From Leucoraja ocellata (taxonomy: Eukaryota): a stretch of DNA of 64,000 nucleotides. The stretch covers positions 4,154,001 through 4,218,000 of the forward strand of contig JAWMAR010000193.1 in NCBI GenBank assembly GCA_036785375.1, written 5' to 3'. The translations under genes were made by a program, and so were the position numbers. Positions 52,651 through 64,000 of the stretch are shown here, one piece after another (positions within the stretch are counted from its first letter, which is position 1; each line of letters begins with the position of its first letter). The notes under the pieces are model-generated. The model had not been told where the DNA came from. It saw only the letters and a list, made by a program, of their open reading frames with translations, and did no database searches.

Positions 52651-53635
52651 TATTACATAAAACAATGCCTAATAATGGAAATGGGTGCTACCATTTCTTA
52701 CCATTACCTTATGAACTGAGTTCACACTTACAACGTAATATATATATACCATATATCATTGGTTATGTTATGCAGCTAATTAATATTTTGAGCATTGAGG
52801 ACAATTTAGAATTGATACTGTCTTGTAAATCATATTGGGCTGGAAACTGCAATTAGCTGACATTCCCTGCTGAATTTGAAATAATGCTTGAGTTTAACTT
52901 ACTGACCTGAACAGTGACAACCCATAAGAATAAGCCTCCCACATCTCCCATAGCAAGGCTCAAGTGCTGTGATGGTCTTACGCATAATGAAATCACACAG
53001 GAGTGCAAACAAGTCCCCTGTGTAATCCCCTGTAACTTAACAAAACTTCAGGATGATTCTTAATATTTAAAGCAATTTAAAATCATTAAAAACACTAAAT
53101 GCCTTTTGAAAAAAACAGATATTTAAAAACACTCAAACAATTTAAAATAATTGAACGAACTGAAAACAACTTCAATTCCTTTTTGCTGTTTAGCTTCCCT
53201 GAAATGAATGACAAACATCGGTTTGTCATTTGAAATCATCGGTTCCAATTTGGCTTGTCAGTTTTGTGGGGGTTTCGCTGAAAAATGCTGGGGAATTGCT
53301 GCGATTTCAGGCTGTCACGCTGAACTCCATGATGTCTAGCATTCAAGCATTCAATGGAGAAACATTGACAAACAATTCATCGCAGTTGTGGCACATCCTA
53401 GTTCCTGTGCACATGTGCGGAAATCCCAAAGTTGCTGATAATTACGTGGTGAAATATCAGCAGTTTTGCAAAGGCTGGTTCATTGATAAATCAATCCTTA
53501 TTACCTCGACTCTAATGGGAGGATGCTTCTGAAAATAAAATGTTGGAACCAGAACACAGCACAAATACATTCAAAAACTAGGAATTTTTTATATTTTTAG
53601 TCTTACAATGTTAATGCATGTTCGAAAGTTATTTA

Positions 53636-53971
53636 ACATAGAAACCTAGAAACATAGAAATTAGGTGCAGGAGTAGGCCATTCGGCCCTTCGAGCCTGCA
53701 CTGCCATTCAATATGATCATGGCTGATCATCCAACTCAGTATCCCGTACCTGCCTTCTCTCCATACCCCCTGATCCCTTTAGCCACAAGGGCCACATCTA
53801 ACTCCCTCTTAAATATAGCCAATGAACTGGCCTCAACTACCCTCTGTGGCAGAGAGTTCCAGAGATTCACCACTCTCTGTGTGAAAAAAGTTCTTCTCAT
53901 CTCGGTTTTAAAGGATTTCCCCCTTATCCTTAAGCTGTGACCCCTTGTCCTGGACTTCCCTAACATCGGGA
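53636..53971 (-). mobile_element. CR1 LINE 3' end (young-looking)
   Basis: SRTRGHSLRIRG...FFTQRVVNLWNSLPQRVVEA; (tttctatg)n-type tail. Confidence 0.9.
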
Positions 53972-54802
53972 GAATAAGGCATTATATGACACTATATAAA
54001 AGTTATAATTACATGTAGAAAGGTGTATGTAAACTGAATTATAGCACCTAATTCATATTTATTCAATTTTCTTTCAATTTTGACAGTACAGTTGTCTTAT
54101 TTAGCAAATGTATTCAGACCAGTTAGTTATTTTATATCATATTCAGGTATTAATTAATACATTTCTGTCAGTGAAATGTAATAGGCACTAACAAAGTAGG
54201 AAGGTGCACGTGCATTTTTACACTTTAGATTACTTTTAGCACTTCATCTCATGCCAAAATAAATGTTGGTGTGTAGTAATGCACATCTCTGTGTATGTTA
54301 CTGTTGAAAGAAATCCTGCTTTTACATATAAGGAGTAATTTTCATCATAATTACACAGCCTTCTCATCAGCCTTTTTGCATTAAGAATACGTTATAATCA
54401 TAGGATGAATATATTTAATTCAGCTGCTACAAGTGTGTCATCAGAATTAATACATTGAAGAATGTCTCAAGACAGTTACTCAGAAGGCTACTTGGATAGC
54501 AAATCTTATCAGTAACTAATAGATTTCTTTTGCATTTCCAGTTAAGGAGTTCCATAGTGAGACAAATTTATATTATGCACACATACACACACGCACACAC
54601 AATTTACATTGTGCATTTAATACATGTATCTGTCTCTTTCATTTGATTCTCAGGTTTAATGCCTTTTCAGAGTTGAGACATAAATTAAATGTTATATATA
54701 TGGCATTGCATTTTCCTGCTGTGAAATCATAAGAGACAGCAGAAGGTATTTATTTGTGTTGGAGGTCAGTGGGTTTTCTTATAAAAATGTATGTTATCTT
54801 AG

Positions 54803-55805
<1,003 letters not shown>

Positions 55806-56681
55806 TTTGTTTAACTTTATTAACCATTGGATTTTATTTTCCTGTCTCCATTCTAAAAACTAAATAAAAGTCATTGCTTTTTATTCCTTGTGGTGGTTCA
55901 ATTGCTTTATTTTTACAAAATGAGATTTAAGGCCATTTAATATGATTCCAGAGATATGGATATGACCTGCGTTTGCACGTGGGGGTGGGGTGAGAAGGAT
56001 GACATTACTGTCCTCCATATTGTCCTGCAGGGCTGGGCTGACAGCAATTTGCAGTTATGTCTATTTTTGAATTCTGCTTCAACTATTGCAGTTATGGAAG
56101 GTGTTGAATGGATTCCAGTGCTATTTTTGGTGTGGAATTAGCCAGATGTTTGCTTGGCCAATGCTCCAAGTTCCAAACTCTGGTCATACGCTGGCTGAAA
56201 TGCCAAAGTAGATACTCTCAATTACATAGGTTAAAAATGAAGTGTGTATTTTAACTTGATACTGTTATAAATATACCTCTTTCTTTTCTTTCCTTACACC
56301 TGCTTTCCGAAAAAATATATATAATTCCTTTTCCAATTTTGACATGAATCCTCCCTGTTAGTAACTCAAGAATGTTCACAGTGGCTTTTACTAGAACTTA
56401 CAAAATATATTTTTTTAAATTGTAAATTATCTTTTGTAAAGAACACATAGTTTGTGTTCAAAACGTTGTTCAGCTTTAGGGGCAGAAAAAAAATGATCCG
56501 TAGTTACTTTGACAGTTATGATTGACAGTAATTCTGGACACTTGACAATTTCTGACACTTTGACATGTGCTTGGAGATTCGCCAAAGGTATCTAAATTAT
56601 TAGAAGGTTGTTAAATCTTATTGGAACATTTTAGCCTTATATCCTAATCTGTTTTCCTGCCTGTGTTTCTTCTTATTATAG

Positions 56682-57253
56682 GAAAGCGGCCACATCAATG
56701 TCAAATTTGTAAGAAAGCATTTAAACACAAGCATCATCTTATTGAACATTCACGACTGCACTCTGGTGAGAAACCATATCAGTGTGATAAGTGTGGCAAA
56801 CGCTTCTCACACTCAGGGTCCTACTCACAACACATGAACCACAGATATTCCTATTGTAAACGGGAGGCAGAGGAAAGGGAAGCAGCTGAACGAGAAGCCC
56901 GTCAGAAGGGACACTTAGAACCTGCAGAGCTACTGATGAATCGCCCCTACTTACAGAGCATTACTCCTCAGGGGTATTCGGACTCGGAGGAACGAGAAAG
57001 TATGTTGAGAGAGGTGGAGAGTGAACGTGAGCAGGAAAAAGGAGAAGAGGACGAGGAGAAACTGGTCAGGCGAGATGGGGAAGAGGAATTTGATGAAGAA
57101 GAAGAAGAGAGTGAAAATAAAAGCATGGATACAGATCAGGACACAATAAGAGATGACGAGGAGAATGGTGACCACTCAATGGACGATAGCTCACTTGACG
57201 AGAAAACGGAAACCAAATCAGAACATGAAGACAATGTGGAAGATGGCATATAA
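56682..57253 (+). CDS. ZEB2: ZEB2 terminal coding exon (human exon 10 equivalent): C-terminal zinc fingers and acidic tail, TAA stop
   Basis: ttatag|GAAAGCGG; [58 protein letters not shown]...EDGI*. Confidence 0.98.
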
Positions 57254-57924
57254 TAACTACTGCATTTTAGCTTCCTACTTCTTCCAGTAGTATTGTTACT
57301 TGCTTGAAACACTGCTGTGTTAAGCTGTACATGCACGTGCCTGATGCTTCCTGGAAGCCTGAGTGTTGGACAGATGGGGCAGTCTGTCAGATGCAAAAAA
57401 AGGGAAAAAAAACGAAAAAAAAAACGAGACAGTGTTAGGACGAATTAGTCAAGTTTGGGTTGTGAAGAGTTGCATTATGCAAAAAAAATGTTCAGTGTTA
57501 GGGCCTAAAAAAATGTGTGGTTCAAGCAGCCTAAATTATCCTTCTGTCAATAGTTTTTTTTAGCACAAAATAATGGAGTATATTGCATTACATGCCACTT
57601 GTATTACTACACAAAATTTTATGAAGAAATGTATTGTCTGTGTTTTCTACCTATGTATATTATTACACAAGAGTAACTTGAAAATGAAATGCCTGTGCTT
57701 TTACCCATACCTGCAAAAGTAAACAACAGTATTTTAGTGGACTGTTTGTAGTTTGACCCAGCCATTAGGCCTAATACTGCAACCACACAATATTTTAGGT
57801 TCCCAATAATTCATTGAAGGATCATGAAATGATGCACGTGTGATTTTTTTTAGAAAATGAAGTCTTAAAAGTGGCCCAGCTATGAAGGACGAGAGAGTGA
57901 GAGCAAGAGAGAAAGAGTGCCTGC

Positions 57925-57961
<37 letters not shown>

Positions 57962-58790
57962 GGAGAAAGAGAAAGATAGAGAGCGAGAGAGAGAGAGAGA
58001 GAGAGAGAGGCAGAAATGGTGGAGAAAGCCTTTTGAAAGGTGATTAAAAAAAAGCCTTATATGCAAACCTTTTAATCTGTGTGTTCTGCAAGTGCCATCC
58101 TTGTATAGTGCTAAATGAAGGTAACTAAAGTTACCTTGCACCAGCTTCAGTGTTAAACAGCTCACCCTGTTCTTTGAAGCACCCATGTCAGTATTAGAAT
58201 CTAGGCAGCAGTTCCTTAGTTTACATATGTTTGTGCAATTTTCTGTACTTTTTTGTTCATTAACTTGTCAGTATTACACCAAACTTTGCAACAATTTGCA
58301 TTCATTTTATTTTAGGTCAAATAACATTTATTTATGTTGCTCATTTTATATTTCCTAATTTTATTTATTTCATACTGTAGTGTACAGTATTATAGTTCTT
58401 CAATATATAGATATATTTTAGTAAAGGAACATGAGGTTGATCATTTGGGCAAATTTTACGTAATGAGAAGAGCATTTATTGTGTTTTCAAACATGAATTG
58501 TGAGATACGAATTTTCAATTTATTATTTTATTTTGTTTTCCAATTACTGGATTCCAAATTTGAGAACTTTTGATACGATCTTGTGAAAACACTGTATTTT
58601 CGACTGAAAATTCCACTTTCTTCATCTGTTTTTTAGCTAAAAAAGAGGGACTGTTAAAATACAATGTATGATACCATGACAGAAATCTTTCCTGAATTGT
58701 CTTTGTAAAAGTATTATTAAATTTTCAATTTGTAATTTCTCTTTGAAATGACCATGCTCGAATAAAATGTAGCCAAACTAGGACCTGTTA
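57254..58790 (+). promoter_or_regulatory. ZEB2: ZEB2 3'UTR with miR-200-family seed sites and poly(A) signal
   Basis: CAGTGTTA at 57430, 57493, 58148; CAGTATT(A) at 57727, 58189, 58269, 58385; AATAAA at 58761-58766. Confidence 0.8.
57892..58009 (+). repeat. (GA)n microsatellite in the 3'UTR
   Basis: imperfect AG dinucleotide run. Confidence 0.9.
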
Positions 58791-61700
58791 CGTGCAGCTT
58801 AAGGTTCTATGGACATCACTGCAGCAAACAGATGTGCATAATAATGTATAATGTTTCCTTCCTAACTGTAGGATTGTCTTCAAACCATAAAGAATTACAT
58901 TTTCATCCATAGCATTGTTAACAAAAAATATTTATTAACTTAAATTTATATTGTCGTCCTATTTATTTCACTCAATGTCCACTTTTATATTTCTCTCACC
59001 ATCTCAAAATAAACAAAATTATATGGTTGGATTTATTTCATAAGCCTGCTGAGAGGATAACAAGCGACTAAATGAGTCCTGGACACATTATATAAAACTG
59101 ACATTGCATGAAGGAAATATTTTCCCTGGGGTATCCTGTATTTAGTTGAGTTGGGCTTTAAAGGTGATCTGTAATCAGACCTTCAGGATACATTCTTTCT
59201 TTCATCTACTTTTCCATTAAGGTGCAAAGTACCATCCAGCAATGTAACACAGTTGGTGGATAAACAGGGACTTTAAAAAAAAAATAGACTTATCTGGATA
59301 TTATAGGAATTAATTTGAAAGAAAATCAATATCAAGCTTTTGATTAAGGATAGAGTACTTTGATAGTTGTGCACACAGATTCATCACTTTATAATAGTCT
59401 GCACAAAATGGACTACTATCTTTTTTGAATAAAGAGCGTAGGGTTTCCTGCAGAAATGGGCAATAGTGATTTAAACTGTGCCTCCGTAATAGTGCAACTG
59501 GAGTCTGGTTACACTTAAGTCTGAATTTCCAGTAGGCAATTAAGATACATTACATGTAAAGAAGACAAATCGGAGATCAGATGATAACTAAAAGACCAGT
59601 GATTGTGATTGACGTGCAGTTTTTTTGAACTGCCTAACCATTGATTTTAAATGGCTTTTACAGCTCGTTTAAGTTGATCTCAGGAATATACCAATTAATT
59701 GATTGGTGTCTTAAAACAAAACATCAATTTCTTACTGGTGCATGTTGAGAGGAAGACTTTTAAAAGACATCCATTACAAAATCCAATTAAAAAAGGTACT
59801 GTCAGACTTGCCTGGGGTTGTAAAATTATTTTCAGCTATTCAGCTTTATACATAAGCAAGCCGGTTAAAAAATACTTTTAGCACTCTACAATTTAAAATG
59901 TAACCTCATTTTTCTTAACATTTTTACCTTAAAACCCATAAATGCTTCATAATGTACATTTACAATGTGTGTCACAATAGAAGTTACTAATATGAATATC
60001 TCTTACTATCAGCTATATTTTTTCCATTTTATGAAAATTGCAGATACCAGCTTTCCATAAATGGATCGATAATTTCCCATTAAATAAATCCTTTTTAATC
60101 TTGTACATTTTCTTAGTACTTATTTTTTTTTTAACTTTTAAATTAAAGGGGTCACAGAAATGAAAAGATTGAGGATCTTGAAGGATTACACTTAGTATTA
60201 AATTCCCCATAACAAAATAAACACACAAGAGACCCATCATTGCATGGGTGGTAAAGAATAGTAAAACATCTTTATAGATTAAGGAACAAACAATTTTCAA
60301 TTTCATGTCAACTTGTCTTATTTAAATCTGCAGTGCAACATTGAAGGCAACTTTTGGGATTTCTATAACAGCCAAACAATTTGTTCAAACAACGGGAGTT
60401 AGATTTTATCTGTCACTGTATTAGTGATTTTTAAAGCATTTCTTTAACATTCAGAATTACCATTTGCTGTAAGGAGGCCGAGGTAGCTTCTCTGCTTCAC
60501 TTGATGTGAGGCCGTGTAGTGTTGATGATACATTTCTTGTGACATTAGAAAATAGTCAAAAGTAAATACTCAAAAAAAAATCCCTGCTGCATTTTTAGTT
60601 TTAAAAAAAAACCTCATTTTTTCAATATTAAAGGATGATAAAGTGTTCCCCAATGCTTTACTGCAGAATGCTATACTGACAGGTTTTGAACTTTCACAGC
60701 ATTTTAAACAAGACTGTTGTTTAAGGCACTCTCTGAAGATCTGTGAAATAGCTTGGACATAATTGGCTGCAAGAATAAAAGTAGTAAAGATCATTATATG
60801 TCCGTTGGAGAATGCCTGGAGCATTTTGGTAATATTTCCACTGAACATCCAGAGCACTAGAAAAGCCTTTAAAAAAAGATAGTAGTAAAATACACATGTT
60901 TCATTCAAAGTGCCCATAAAACTCTGCAAAGTGAAGCTTTTAAATCCTTTCCCATGTAAGTTTTTTTTTTCATTTTGTTCTGTAATTTCTTTTACAATTG
61001 ATTGATTTTAAAATAACTCTTAGTCGTAAGAAACAGCTCACAAGAATCCTTGAGAATAATAATATTATAATCTCTCTAAGGAGAGGAAAAAGAAGCAATT
61101 GATTTTTCCCCTCTTGTCTGACCCTTAATACAATAGCAGATTTCTTCTTGTTACTACCTATTCACAATAATATAAAATATTACATTAAATGATTCCCTCT
61201 GGATCACTCTAAAAATATGTTTAATTCCCAATCCAACCGTGGGAAGTAACTAAACAGATAAAATATTAACACCTTTAAAATGGTTTAGAGGTTGTTCCAT
61301 ACTGTGTTCTAACGTGTATAAAGAGATCTTATTTATTTTCATACTTAAGCATGCTTGTTGTTAGGACGCGGGGAGAAAGGTTTGTAAAGCGATAAAAATA
61401 GAATAAGATTTCTAGAGTTGATTGGATTCTTTGTGGACGTGTGAGTGAACATTTCTGAAGAAAGCCCATGAACGCTGTCATTAACACATTAAACAAGTAT
61501 GCAGCAAAGGCAAGGTTTATAAATAGTGATCTAATAAAAGACAACGAAGACGTGTCGCCTTGTTCCATCAAATTTTAAAGAAGTCTTGACACAGCTGTGC
61601 CAACCGTAACAGCATAAAATCATCGTTTTGAACACATTTTACAATGGAACATCTGATTTTTTTTAAGTTTCAACAACTGATTGAATTGCATTTAACATTC

Positions 61701-64000
61701 ATGCCATGAAGTCCATGCAATTTAAACAGTCCACATTACTTTTACAAGAAACATAGTTCATGATTTGGATTGTAGTTAGGCTTCAGATTGCTTCTTTTAA
61801 AAAATTCAATAAAGCAATACAAAAGCTAATACTAAATAAAGTTGTTTTCTTCTGTTGTAAATGTGCGATGGTGGCTGCATGTGCCATTACTATCAGAGGT
61901 GTTGCTAACAAAATTAATGGGATTTCTTACTGAAATTAGAATTTCAATCTTGGGTCCTAACACACGGTCACATCACAACTGTTAAATGTATTTTACAGTG
62001 GGACTAATGATGTGCATGCAACTGGAACAAAAATGTTAGTGTAGAATTGATCTGCACTGTACAAAATGAAGAAAATTGTCATTCAGAGAATTTGAAGAAC
62101 GAGGGAATCAAAAGTTTACTTAATATATAAATTTAACGTTTTAAATAAATTATTACAGATATGCATTGATCAAATGATGATGTGGTGAGACATATTTTAG
62201 CATGTGATCTGAATATATAAATGCCATTAAATAACTCCTCACCAAGTTACATTGCAGTTACTTTATGCATATAATGCAGATAATTTTGTACAAGCTGTAA
62301 ACCATGAAAAAAAATATATGCTGGATCCATTCGACTATAATCAATAAAGCACAATTAATATGCATAACAATGATTAAATACTATTAAACCACACAGGACA
62401 AATTATAAACAGGGTCACTTCAGTTTAATTCAATGTATAATATCCATTGAGAGTGACTCCCTAGATAAGAAAAGTCATGTTACCGTTTCAACTGCTTTAA
62501 CTATAATTTATTGATTTTATCATTTGTACTTTATGCAAATGGATTCATGTTAATGGATGATAGGGCAAAATAAAGTTTTATTAATTTGCCTTCTCCATCA
62601 AAAAAATAGGAGAAATGTAAAAACATTATTAAATACTCCAACTGAAGCTAAAACCATGTCCTGTGAAGCCACGAGATTCAAATAGTAAACAAGATAATTT
62701 CAATCATATTAATAAATTTACCATCTGTTATTACTGTCAGGCAATTTTTCTCTTATTTTGAATCTAAACTGGGCTAAATGAAATTTACACAAATCTTAAT
62801 TTTTACCCATGTTATCAATGTTATAAATAGCCTTAGCACTGGAATATCTGACTAGCATCGTTAAAAGTGTGAATCTTCAACATTTCAATAATAATAATTC
62901 AACATGCATTACATTGTTGTGTGTGCGCAATACACATCTAATGAAAATCTAGTTTTAAAATGGCCAGTTTTTTTATAGCTGGAATGGGACGTGTTTGAAA
63001 ACTTGCATTAAATAGTTAATTAAGCATATTTCCAAACTATAATTTGACTTTGAAGCATATGAGGTGAATAATGTAATGTTTTCAGGTTATTTCTCTATAA
63101 TAAAATTTGGAAATATTTATCTAGTCAGGCACCATCCAAAAAAAATATCCGATGCTGGGCAACATGTTCTGAGCAAGGATCTCATCTGAAACATGAACAC
63201 ATTTGTACCTTTATAATACTATTTGATTTCTACATTTCCAACATTTTGAGATTTCTTTTTTTGGGGGTATTATTTTTGTGGATGTTTTGCTCTCTTCAGA
63301 AACATTTCACATTTGATAGTACCAGATACACGATGAGAAATATCAGTTCCTACATTGGAATCCATATTACTGTATCATTCTGGTCCCACTATTCCGGAGC
63401 AAGGACTAAAAAGAATAGCAAATAGGTAAGATTGAGGTTATGGTTTATTTTTAGTCAAGTCTACCAGCAATGTGTAAACTATTTGTTGGCAACTTGTTTG
63501 CATGTTTCAGATGTAGTTAACACCAGCAGAAATCTGTTATCCTGCAATTAACTACAGAACCATTGTTTTAAACAAAACAAAAAATCCAGAGCAAATGTTG
63601 CTTTCAATGGATGAAGCAAACCAATTCAGCATTCCACTTTAAAGGAGAAGATTTTTAAAATATATAAAAACAAAGATCCATTAATTATTATACAGCAGTT
63701 TTCCTTTCCTCGAGTTCCATCGGTTGATAATACTAATGGCTGGTTTAGGTGTTAACCAGCCAATGCTGAGCTTGGCATGTTTTCGGTAGTTTCAGTGCAT
63801 CCCAACAGTATTTATTTAACACAGGTACATATCTGTGTGGTACAAGTACTTCTGAAAACCAGTGAACCTCAAAAGGCTCTTTCCTGAAGCCATTTGGGCA
63901 TAAATGTCTTGGGAAAAGCAAATAAGTTGAGCCCGTTCTGATGTTAGGACTTCAGCATCTTTACCAAATTTATATTAGCTAGAACTATGAACCCAAAAAG

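Noticed and set aside
52005-52665. Gly/Glu/Arg-rich and Pro/Leu/Ser-rich ORFs
   Set aside because: Translation artefacts of low-complexity purine sequence
57734-58186. 150-aa antisense ORF
   Set aside because: Runs through the (GA)n microsatellite in the 3'UTR; no coding signature

Overview
This is eukaryotic (vertebrate) genomic DNA. Its repeats (V-SINE/HE1-type SINEs, CR1/HER1-type LINEs, Penelope remnants) point to a cartilaginous fish, probably a skate or ray (inference). The window holds most of a ZEB2 (SIP1/ZFHX1B) gene on the + strand. Eight coding exons (16939-57253) match human exons 3-10 in phase, with GT-AG junctions; six also match in length, and exons 8 and 10 differ by about +6 and -6 nt. 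The start-codon exon lies upstream of the window. The 3'UTR carries seven miR-200-family seed sites. The introns contain an internally deleted DIRS1-type tyrosine-recombinase retrotransposon with intact terminal and ICR architecture (19048-21980), many Penelope-derived repeats with a minimal hammerhead ribozyme motif, a hAT-like MITE, CR1 fragments and V-SINEs. The most notable observations are a family of short hammerhead-bearing insertions flanked by target-site duplications, the DIRS terminal structure, and a candidate in-frame cassette exon upstream of exon 3. Most short ORFs in the supplied track are non-coding noise.
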